DNA from: a virus
Lineage: Duplodnaviria; Caudoviricetes
Direction: 5' to 3' (one strand)
Virus record (IMG/VR): IMGVR_UViG_3300037722_000953
Span: 1 to 63,923 of that record
Length of the DNA: 63,923 nucleotides
Shown: in pieces, positions 56,777 to 63,923 of the stretch
How positions within the stretch are numbered: the stretch's first letter is position 1
Layout: each line of letters starts with the position of its first letter
Position numbers and translations under genes: made by a program
The notes under the pieces: generated by a model
The model's input: the letters and a program-made list of their open reading frames with translations, nothing else
Databases searched by the model: none
What the model was told of the DNA's origin: nothing

Positions 56777-57010
56777 TCATACCGTATCTGTCGGCGTGAA
56801 ATCAAGATAGGACTCTCGACCCATGTCGAGTTCTCCCAGGACCGCCGGGTTGCGAATCGTCATCGTCAGCTTGCCGGTCGGTGTGACCTCTTCAAACCGC
56901 CGGTCCCCTGGGATGCTGTCGTCATACCGGGGCTTCATCTCGATTTCGCACCCTTGCGGATCATAAGCAAATCGAGTAATGGCTGTCACTGCAAATTTTG
57001 CGCGTATCAT
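56777..57010 (-). CDS. Conserved hypothetical phage protein
   Basis: IRAKF...TPTGKLTMTIRNP...YLDFT; AAGGAG RBS. Confidence 0.6.
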   Translation of the reverse strand: MIRAKFAVTAITRFAYDPQGCEIEMKPRYDDSIPGDRRFEEVTPTGKLTMTIRNPAVLGELDMGRESYLDFTPTDTV

Positions 57011-57013
57011 ATC

Positions 57014-57607
57014 CTACTCCTTTTTTGGATCCTCTTTAACGATCAGTTCAGTTATCCAGGCCAACTGCTGCCAGCCCGACGTAGCAGTTAGCAGGTTGAT
57101 CAAATCGTGCCGGATCAGCCGCAGCCGGTCGCGCCGGGCGTCGTTGTGCAAATCCGGCCATTCCTTGAGCAAGGCGCTGATCCGGCCAATCGTCTCGTCC
57201 AAGAACTTGATGTTGCCGTTCAGGTCATCGACGAAATTGCGCGCCTGCTGGTTATGTTCGGCTTGTAGCTGCGCCGCTTTTGCAATTCTGGCGCCGACTT
57301 CCAAATCGGCCATAGCCACACGCCATAACCTCGTCCGGTAGCCGATGATCGCGCCGGTAATAGCCAGGCTCAGACCGACGGTCCCGGCCCGGAGCAGATC
57401 GCCGGTCAGGTAGAACGAGTACAGCCCGGCCCAGATACCGGCCACGACACCGGCACGTAAGCCGCTGGTAAAGCCAGCCAGGGCCACGAGCGGCGTGATC
57501 CAGGCCACGGTCGGCATGGCTATGCCGAGCCAGGTGACGGTCAGGTGGTAGAGAATGGTGGCGGCAACAGTGATGGTCGGTCCGGTGATCCGGTTATAAT
57601 GTTTCAA
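57014..57607 (-). CDS. Membrane protein (DUF4118-like 4-TM bundle + coiled coil)
   Basis: 'VALAGFTSGLRAGVVAGIW' TM hairpin; helical C-terminus. Confidence 0.55.
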   Translation of the reverse strand: MKHYNRITGPTITVAATILYHLTVTWLGIAMPTVAWITPLVALAGFTSGLRAGVVAGIWAGLYSFYLTGDLLRAGTVGLSLAITGAIIGYRTRLWRVAMADLEVGARIAKAAQLQAEHNQQARNFVDDLNGNIKFLDETIGRISALLKEWPDLHNDARRDRLRLIRHDLINLLTATSGWQQLAWITELIVKEDPKKE

Positions 57608-58037
57608 AATACTTTAGCTCCGCTTCGATTTCCTCTATCCGCTCCTTGATCACCCTGAGCGCGCTGGTTGTTTCGATCCGAGGAAACGGGCCCTGAAGCG
57701 CGGCCTGTTCCTCTAAATCGTTTAGCGCGTCGTACTGGCCAACAAGCTGCTTCCTCAGCGACCGTTTCCGCTTATCGATCGGCATCGATGTCAGCGGACC
57801 GGTGGCCTCCCTGTCGTGGTCCGGAAGTTGAGACTGTAAAATAGCCAGGGTCAACGTGCTGGTCCGCTCGATAACCTCGAGCCGGTCTTCGATCTGACCG
57901 GTGATCTCGGTCAAGATATCACCGGTTTGCTGCGTGTTTGTAAAATACCGGTAAATCAGCCGTGCAGTTTGCTCCAAACGGCGCAGGGCGGCAGCGATAA
58001 ACCGGATCTCGTCATTGCGATCAGGCACATTACGCAA
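57594..58037 (-). CDS. Hypothetical helical protein
   Basis: C-terminal 'SLRKQL...LNDLEEQAALQG..P...IEEIEAEL' hairpin. Confidence 0.55.
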   Translation of the reverse strand: MRNVPDRNDEIRFIAAALRRLEQTARLIYRYFTNTQQTGDILTEITGQIEDRLEVIERTSTLTLAILQSQLPDHDREATGPLTSMPIDKRKRSLRKQLVGQYDALNDLEEQAALQGPFPRIETTSALRVIKERIEEIEAELKYFETL

Positions 58038-58539
58038 TCAACTTTTTATCCGCCGCGTGACCGACCTGGCTAACCAGCCACACGCCGGCGGGGGCAAGCA
58101 GTAAGACCAGTCCATAGACGACCGCCGACACATCACCTAGCTCAGGCCGCCAGATCGGCGTCACGAAGTTGGCTATTGCAGGCACTACAAAGGCCGCGAT
58201 GCTATTGATAAGCTGTTTGGATCGAGGTGACAAGTCGTTAAACGAACCAAAACGCTCCTGAACAAAGGCCACGATCAGACCGTAAATGCCCAGGATAGCC
58301 AGCCCGACAGAATCGGGCGGCGGTTCAGGCTGGGGCGCCGGATCAGGTTCTGGCAACGGCTCGACGTCAACCGCTGGGGTTGGGGTCGCCACCGGCGAAT
58401 CGAGTGGCGGGTCCTGGGCCAGGATGACGACACCGGCCAGGTTGACGACCAAGGCAATCGCTACGGAAGTGATTACAGAAGCGACAGAAAAAAGTGATCG
58501 GTGTGACATTTTTAATCTCCAGTCTCCCTCACCCCCCAC
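58030..58539 (-). CDS. Membrane protein with signal peptide, Pro-rich linker and 3 TM segments (holin candidate)
   Basis: Hydrophobic N-terminus ending ILA-QD, SPVATPTP, three TM helices. Confidence 0.55.
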   Translation of the reverse strand: MGGEGDWRLKMSHRSLFSVASVITSVAIALVVNLAGVVILAQDPPLDSPVATPTPAVDVEPLPEPDPAPQPEPPPDSVGLAILGIYGLIVAFVQERFGSFNDLSPRSKQLINSIAAFVVPAIANFVTPIWRPELGDVSAVVYGLVLLLAPAGVWLVSQVGHAADKKLIA

Positions 58540-58577
58540 GTGTGTGGAGAAATTAGGATATCAGATAGGTCATATGG

Positions 58578-58775
58578 CTATAACTTTGTGCTGCAGGCCG
58601 GGCGGACCGAGGTATCCTCATTAATTTCCGCATTACAGTAGCCGCAGTGTACCGACTCAACTGTATTGCCAATTGTAATAATCCACCATATTACGTGTAA
58701 GTCAACATGGCGGTGCTGGAAATCAATATGGAATCCGAGTGAAAACCACGGGCCGATGATTGCATCTATCCTCAC
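58578..58775 (-). CDS. Small hypothetical protein, probably leaderless
   Basis: GTG 58775 lies 7 nt after a -10 box. Confidence 0.45.
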   Translation of the reverse strand: MRIDAIIGPWFSLGFHIDFQHRHVDLHVIWWIITIGNTVESVHCGYCNAEINEDTSVRPACSTKL

Positions 58776-58781
58776 ACCACT

Positions 58782-58810
58782 ATCATAATCGCAAACGGCC
58801 GAAATGTCAA
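58782..58810 (-). promoter_or_regulatory. Promoter heading the packaging operon
   Basis: TTGACA-17-TATGAT. Confidence 0.75.
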
Positions 58811-58826
58811 CCGGGGCGGGAACAAG

Positions 58827-58853
58827 AAAAAACCCCGGTGGGGGCCGGGGCTT
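58827..58853 (-). terminator. Intrinsic terminator
   Basis: GCCCCGG-CCCCCA-CCGGGGT followed by a T-run. Confidence 0.7.
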
Positions 58854-58892
58854 GGGGGGGGGGGGGGTTAGGACGTTGACGGTCTTAGTCAT

Positions 58893-59174
58893 TTAATACT
58901 CACTCCATCCGTCCGAACGCGCAGATGTTAGCGCAGAAAGGCAATCGTATTTCGCGTATCGCTCGAGCTCGGCGGGCGGTGTCAACTCGCAGGTGTCACC
59001 GAACCTCAGCTCGAATGTCTTTCCACGCATTCGAGCTTCCACGAACCGGTGGTAGTTTCCACCGTTGTGGTGCATGGTCCGGGCACCGCAATCGCACGGC
59101 TCGTCGAATCGAACTGTTTGACCAGCCCTTAGCCGGGCCAGGTATTCATTTTCTACTGCAAATGTGCTTTTCAT
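58893..59174 (-). CDS. Hypothetical Cys-containing protein
   Basis: GAGGA RBS; CDCG. Confidence 0.5.
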   Translation of the reverse strand: MKSTFAVENEYLARLRAGQTVRFDEPCDCGARTMHHNGGNYHRFVEARMRGKTFELRFGDTCELTPPAELERYAKYDCLSALTSARSDGWSEY

Positions 59175-59217
59175 TCCAATCCTCTGCCCCCGGCTTCAAC
59201 GGGGGCCGCTTGTCGTA

Positions 59218-59547
59218 CTAACTCCGTTTTGGCCGGACCTCGATCACCGGCTCGCCGATCTCGGCGCAGAAGCCGCATTGCGGACCGAATGGCCGCAGGT
59301 CGCCGGTGAAGCCGATGTAAATACCGGCCTCACTGAACGGCTGGCCGCAGTCGCATTCCGAGTTGCCGGGACGGTCGCCACCGGTCAGGTAGATAAAGCC
59401 GAGCACGATCTCGGGGTCGAAGCCGCCGACCAGGCCGGCGATGTGATCGAGCAGGAACTCCTGGCGCGACGTGGCTGCCTGCCGGGCCAGGTTGTCGATA
59501 CCGGCGATCTGGGCGTCGGTCAGGTTGCGGATTAGGATGTTAGGCAT
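59218..59547 (-). CDS. RHH (Arc/FitA-like) protein with C-terminal zinc finger
   Basis: MPNILIRNLTD...SRQEFL; CDCG...CGFC. Confidence 0.6.
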   Translation of the reverse strand: MPNILIRNLTDAQIAGIDNLARQAATSRQEFLLDHIAGLVGGFDPEIVLGFIYLTGGDRPGNSECDCGQPFSEAGIYIGFTGDLRPFGPQCGFCAEIGEPVIEVRPKRS

Positions 59548-59553
59548 TTAAGG

Positions 59554-59767
59554 CTACCGCAAATACACACCGGCGTACCGCACATCGCCGGCCGTGATTT
59601 TCTCGCCATCGGGGTGATTACGATTGTAGACGATGGCGACGACCGCGTCATCAGCCAGGGCGGATACCGGCGTACCAGCGTTGACTGGTTCGTATTTGCC
59701 GGACTTGATGCCGATCGCTGCGGCGCATTTTCGAACTTCAATCGAGGCGTGCCTTAGGTTAGGCATT
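59554..59767 (-). CDS. Hypothetical protein
   Basis: AAGGAG RBS before ATG (MPNLRH), downstream of promoter 59816-59844. Confidence 0.55.
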
Positions 59768-59815
59768 TCAATCTCCTTATGACTAGCTAATAAATAGTTT
59801 ATACTGTTGGTAACA

Positions 59816-59844
59816 ATGATAGCACAGATAGCAGTATTTGTCAA
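59816..59844 (-). promoter_or_regulatory. Sigma70 promoter
   Basis: TTGACA-17-TATCAT. Confidence 0.75.
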
Positions 59845-59877
59845 GCGTTTTCTGACATAATGTCAAAACTCGTTCAA

Positions 59878-59938
59878 CAGAAAAGCCGCCTCGGGGTAGA
59901 GGCGGCTAAGGAGAGGAGGAGTTCACAGGCGATCTGGT
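59878..59938 (-). ncRNA. Putative ~60-nt sRNA with an anti-Shine-Dalgarno tract
   Basis: Own promoter (59945-59973), CTCCTCCTCTCCTT, then terminator AGCCGCCTC/GAGGCGGCT + TTT; no ORF. Confidence 0.6.
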
Positions 59939-59944
59939 AACTAG

Positions 59945-59973
59945 AGTTTACCACGGATTAGCCGTGATGTCAA
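59945..59973 (-). promoter_or_regulatory. Sigma70 promoter for the sRNA
   Basis: TTGACA-17-TAAACT with extended -10 TG. Confidence 0.7.
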
Positions 59974-60647
59974 TCACTTCTTCGCCGGCAACGGCGGCGG
60001 ACTGGTTGCGGGGCTTTTTTGCGCGTTGTCGGCCAGGCCGGCCTGTGTCCGGCCAACGGTTGCCGGGCTAGCTACGGGTCGTGGTTCCGCCATCATCGCG
60101 TTGCCTCAAAGGCGGCTGCAATATCTGCCTTGATTTCGGCGCGCTGGGCGGGGGTGAAGTCGCCAGCGACCGTCCACTCTGCAACCTTGCGGTCACAAAA
60201 TGCGGCCTCAAAAGCATCGGCCATCTCTCCGGGCTTGGGGCCTTGCCAGCCGGTGTTCGGTACTTTACCTTCGGGGACAACTGTGGTACTATTCGTCCTG
60301 CTCATATGTCAGCACCTCCGATGCTGTGTGTGAGTGAGCCGCCTGGCTTCGCACACCGGGCGGCTTTTTGATTTACCAGTTTTCGGCGGCCCAGTCCGAG
60401 TTCAATGAGTCGAACCAGGGCGCGCTAAACGCCACGTTCTCGGGCAGCGTAGGTTCGCCAGCTTTGGCGCGACATTCGGCCAGCACTTCGTCGACGGTCT
60501 GGGGGCGGTATGTCTTGCGGGCTTCCGCTAGAGCGGCTTCGGCTTTTTCGATCTTGGATTTTCCGAACATGTTTGCTGTTTCTCCTTTCTGATGATTTTG
60601 TAAGATCATTGTACCACAGGTGCGGCGCAATGTCTGTAAAGGTTGAG

Positions 60648-61076
60648 TTAAGATGCAACGTAATGCGGCTCCCGGCAGTGATAACAAAAAGCCTTTTCAA
60701 TCGCCGCATCAACAGCGGCTTGCAGCTCACTTGGGATATTGCCGTCGCCGTTCTGGTGTTCTGCGACAACTTCTACCTCAAGCTCGTCCGGGGCGCTGTC
60801 GATCCCGATGGCCAAGATTTGGCGGACGGTCACATATTCGCCCGACCGATCTCGACTTGCCGAAATCACATGCATCCCCGGTCCTACCACGAAGAGGGCG
60901 TGCTCCCCGTTGGAGTAGCCTTTCGGGATAAAGAGGGGCTTTAGCGGTTGCCCCAAGGGACCACAGACAATTGTACTGCTGCCCGTGTTCGACATCCCGC
61001 CGCCGCTTTCGGCGATGACGGGTTTACCGGTCTTGCTTCTCCTGATCTTCATTTCGAGCTCTCCTTTCTGGGTCAC
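60648..61076 (-). CDS. Conserved hypothetical phage protein (probable start MKIRR)
   Basis: AAGGAG RBS; ESGGGMSNTG, C-terminal CYHCREPHY. Confidence 0.6.
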   Translation of the reverse strand: MTQKGELEMKIRRSKTGKPVIAESGGGMSNTGSSTIVCGPLGQPLKPLFIPKGYSNGEHALFVVGPGMHVISASRDRSGEYVTVRQILAIGIDSAPDELEVEVVAEHQNGDGNIPSELQAAVDAAIEKAFCYHCREPHYVAS

Positions 61077-61157
61077 CCCGGCGCTATGCCTGCAAGGTTG
61101 CGGGCTAACGTCTGGCCCCGACCGGACGTGGTCGGCGTGGTCGGGGCCAGGGTTAGA

Positions 61158-61598
61158 CTACAACTCGACTACCTTGCGGGGCCGTCCGCCCCTCTTGCCA
61201 TTGCGGCGCGAAGCGGCGGCGGCGCGCTCGGACTTGATCTTGCCCAGGTCGGACATGACTCTGGTCAGCGACCTGTCGACCTCAACGATCTCGTAAGGTT
61301 CGCGCTGGTCCGGTACCCGGACCAGCGCGCCGTCATAGCTGCTGGACATATCGACATCATACGTCCAACCGTCGACGCCGATAATCTGCCGGCTAAATTC
61401 CCGGTTCCTCCGGTCGGCCTGGATCGTGGCCGACTCGGTGGTGTGCGTGCTGTAGCCCCGGCCACCGTAGTAAGTGGCCAGGACAACGGCGAACTTTGCG
61501 CCTTGTGGGAACTTAATCTCGCGGGGGCCTAAGTCCGAAGCAAGATCGTGGATTGAGCCGGTACCGCTCATTTTTTGGGGGATGATTACCTTTTTCAT
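61158..61598 (-). CDS. Hypothetical protein with basic KGG-like DNA-binding tail
   Basis: SERAAAASRRNGKRGGRPRK. Confidence 0.6.
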   Translation of the reverse strand: MKKVIIPQKMSGTGSIHDLASDLGPREIKFPQGAKFAVVLATYYGGRGYSTHTTESATIQADRRNREFSRQIIGVDGWTYDVDMSSSYDGALVRVPDQREPYEIVEVDRSLTRVMSDLGKIKSERAAAASRRNGKRGGRPRKVVEL

Positions 61599-61912
61599 AA
61601 CTCTCCTTTTCTGCCGGTTACGATGCCACCGGCTGGGGCCAATGATATTAAGCTCCGTTGCTTGGCGACGATTTCCAGGGCCAGGTCACGTAGTTGGCTT
61701 TGCAGTTCTTTAAAAACTTCTTTTTCTTCCTCGGCCAGGTGAATTTTTTCCACCTTCCCGAGGAACCAGCCCGCCATTTGGTGGGCCTCTGACTTTCGCT
61801 TGGTCCAGCCAAGCGTATTGTGGAATGTACCATTATCAGCCGGGACATTGACATCAAACTTCTCGATTTCTTTGGCGATTGTCTGGGCTACTTCGTTGAT
61901 ATTGTGTTTCAT
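61595..61912 (-). CDS. Hypothetical protein
   Basis: GGGAG RBS; first gene after promoter 61963-61991. Confidence 0.6.
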   Translation of the reverse strand: MKHNINEVAQTIAKEIEKFDVNVPADNGTFHNTLGWTKRKSEAHQMAGWFLGKVEKIHLAEEEKEVFKELQSQLRDLALEIVAKQRSLISLAPAGGIVTGRKGEL

Positions 61913-61962
61913 TCTGGTCTCCCTCGGGCTAATCGTGAGTGCTCATCACTCAACTCTACCTT

Positions 61963-61991
61963 ATTATAACCTGTCCGTTGGGTTTTGTCAA
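61963..61991 (-). promoter_or_regulatory. Consensus sigma70 promoter
   Basis: TTGACA-17-TATAAT. Confidence 0.8.
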
Positions 61992-62026
61992 CCCCTCTTT
62001 TGACATAATCCAGAGACTCGTTCAAC

Positions 62027-62054
62027 AAAAAAGCCCCGGCAATCGAACCGGGGC
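62027..62054 (-). terminator. Intrinsic terminator ending the tra/spd-like operon
   Basis: GCCCCGG/CCGGGGC stem + TTTTTT. Confidence 0.8.
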
Positions 62055-62057
62055 CTG

Positions 62058-62117
62058 GAGGTGTGTCAAAATACCTGACACGGCGTGTCCGACACGGTGA
62101 CACACCTTGACACACCT
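62058..62117. repeat. Cluster of (T)GACAC(ACC) repeats (clt-like or operator array)
   Basis: ggtgtgtca, tgacacgg, cgtgtc-c-gacacg, tgacacacc x2 within 60 bp. Confidence 0.7.
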
Positions 62118-62748
62118 AATCTGGCCTCTGAGCCAAAAACCTGCGCTTGTGTTCGCTGGCCGTACCGATAGATACGCCGCTGGCGTCGGCTATTTCTTGG
62201 ATTTTGGCGCTTTCAGGGTCTTTCAGGGTTTCGAGGTAGACTCTGACATTTTCATTTATTTTCAGGCCGTTTTTAGTTTCAAACCCCGAAAAAGCGGCTT
62301 CCCGCGCCCTGGCCCGGGCTGCGGCAGCCACTTGTTTTGAGATAGCCAGGTCAAGTTCTTTCTCCGACCGCTCCTCAGCTCGTTGCGCTCGGTGCGTATC
62401 GAGCGATGCAAAAACCAAATACAGCAACGAGACGAAAATAAATACCGGCCAGAGGCGTGTACCCCAGGTCAAGGTAATGCCAAAATAGCTATACCCGACC
62501 AGGGCAGCCAGGGCAATGAACATCCTGATCCAGCTTCGTTGCTGCCAAAACGTAGTCAGTCCCATTGCGGCAAACGCGCCGCCAAGCTCGATGGTCATTG
62601 CCAGAGTTATGGCGGCCAATAGGGCCAGGTAGGCATGCCAATGCTGATTGTAAGTCAGGTCGCGCCAGAACTCTACGCCGACCACAAACGCCGGCGATGC
62701 GGGCGCGACCCAGGGGACAATAGTATATCGGATAGATAGATTAGTCAT
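62116..62748 (-). CDS. SpdB2/DUF2637-like membrane protein with coiled coil and C-terminal HTH
   Basis: About 4 TM helices, charged coiled segment, 'AKIQEIADASGVSIGTASEHK'. Confidence 0.6.
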   Translation of the reverse strand: MTNLSIRYTIVPWVAPASPAFVVGVEFWRDLTYNQHWHAYLALLAAITLAMTIELGGAFAAMGLTTFWQQRSWIRMFIALAALVGYSYFGITLTWGTRLWPVFIFVSLLYLVFASLDTHRAQRAEERSEKELDLAISKQVAAAARARAREAAFSGFETKNGLKINENVRVYLETLKDPESAKIQEIADASGVSIGTASEHKRRFLAQRPD

Positions 62749-62987
62749 CGTCTCAACTCCCGGTCCAGTAGTCTATAATAGCTTCGGCTGCCTTTTTAGC
62801 TCATAACGTCCGGTGCGGCAACGGTAAACCCGGCCGCATTCCGATGACCGCCGCCGCCAAATTGTTTGGCGATCTCAGACACATCGATACCGTTTCGCCG
62901 GGCTTGAGTTTGTCGTGATCGGTGAAAGTAGGCTTTACCCAGTCAGTGAACAATTCACCTTCGCCCTCACTGCCGCAAAATCTACAT

Positions 62988-63923
62988 TTACCCATAGATC
63001 ATAATCCCCTCCTCCCCCAACACCCGCTTAACCTCTTCTACCTGCCTGCCCCCCTCGCTCATCCCCGCCCGCCGGCAAACGTCTCTCAGTGAATACGTCC
63101 CGGCCTCGCGTGATGCGTGATAAGCATCCAAGATAATTTGACGGGTGGTATCTTCACCTGGGTGGAAAACCATATCAGGCACCGCCACGCCACCGAACAG
63201 CGCCACCGGCAATCTGTCTTTGCTCGACCCTGGCCGGACCAGGTAACCCTGATTACGCCGCCGATCTAGTAGGCCGGTACCGTCATAGCCCGGCTCGATG
63301 AGCAACTTGACGAAGTTGTTCTTCAGCGCGGCCCCGATCTGACCGACGCCCCAGGCGTTGGCGGTGTCCAGGTGGATAATAAAATACAAAATAATATTGA
63401 CGCTGGCGAACAACGTTGTTGCTTGCAGGATAAATTGCTCAGCGCCACTAATCTCGGCCCGAGTTGAAGTCCAATCATCGACGAACACCGGCTGAATCGA
63501 GTGTGTCCGATGACCGCGTCCGGTGTCGGCGTGACGTTCGGCGGCCAGCCTCTCGACGTTAACCAGCCCCCGGCGCACGGCGTCGTAGTTGCCGCCGCCG
63601 CCGAAAAGAGCGCAGCCGGCCCATTCGCCAATGTCCCACTTTGGGCCGATCACAATCGGCTTATGTCCGGCCGCCAGCCAATGACGCGCAATGTACATTG
63701 CCTGAAACGTCTTGCCAACCTGCTGGCCGGCGATGATCGCGTATGCCTGCTGCGGCTGGGTCAGCACAGCCAGCAGATCGAGCCGCTGACTAATAGCCTG
63801 AGCGGGCAATGCCAGCGGCTGGCGCGGGGCGGTTCGCGGCGCATTGAACTGCTGCCAAATAGCGATCTCCAAATCGGATGGCTCGACAAACGAGCCGTTA
63901 GCGTAAATGTTGGGATTGCGGTG
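62988..63923 (-). CDS. FtsK/TraB-like P-loop ATPase with C-terminal HTH (5'-truncated at window end)
   Basis: Walker A IIAGQQVGKT, Walker B PVFVDD, 'YSLRDVCRRAGMSEGG'; frame is open to base 63923. Confidence 0.65.
   Translation of the reverse strand, partial: HRNPNIYANGSFVEPSDLEIAIWQQFNAPRTAPRQPLALPAQAISQRLDLLAVLTQPQQAYAIIAGQQVGKTFQAMYIARHWLAAGHKPIVIGPKWDIGEWAGCALFGGGGNYDAVRRGLVNVERLAAERHADTGRGHRTHSIQPVFVDDWTSTRAEISGAEQFILQATTLFASVNIILYFIIHLDTANAWGVGQIGAALKNNFVKLLIEPGYDGTGLLDRRRNQGYLVRPGSSKDRLPVALFGGVAVPDMVFHPGEDTTRQIILDAYHASREAGTYSLRDVCRRAGMSEGGRQVEEVKRVLGEEGIMIYG

Noticed and set aside
58776-58892. Pro-rich N-terminus of ORF 58578-58892
   Set aside because: It is translated from the G14 tract, terminator and promoter
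60337-60369. Plus-strand terminator-like hairpin among minus-strand genes (similar case at 11545-11582)
   Set aside because: A common antisense-transcription barrier; no associated gene or promoter identified

Overview
The window is an essentially complete, circularly permuted ~64 kb tailed (siphovirus-like) phage genome. The host is probably a Chloroflexota bacterium, inferred from a signal-peptide + 'IYLPVI' motif and an 'SPVATPTP' motif. Layout: (i) leftward early genes of mostly small ORFs (to ~4.8 kb) and a pair of divergent sigma70 promoters; (ii) a rightward DNA-modification/replication arm (5-20 kb) with PAPS-reductase-like, C5-MTase, broken Dam, Mom-like, ParB-MTase, primase, SNF2 helicase, lambda-O-like initiator with iterons, DnaB, RusA, N6-MTase, ASCH and GNAT genes; (iii) a leftward morphogenesis arm (20-58.8 kb) with terminases, portal, protease/scaffold, Cys-rich capsid, connector, tail tube, chaperones, tape measure and tail-tip proteins; (iv) leftward accessory genes. 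Most striking: a ~13 kb glycosylation island between capsid and connector (7 glycosyltransferase-like genes, 4 tandem O-methyltransferases, RmlD, a Gmm-like Nudix, with RmlC next to the terminase), suggesting virion glycosylation; an FtsK/TraB-like translocase + Spd-like membrane protein + TGACAC repeat cluster split across the window ends, resembling Streptomyces-type DNA spreading; a tail protein with an apparent host export signal; and several promoter-driven structured RNAs (tRNA mimics, C4/CI-like antisense leaders, an anti-SD sRNA). No integrase or endolysin was recognised. All product calls come from motifs read by eye; no database searches were run.
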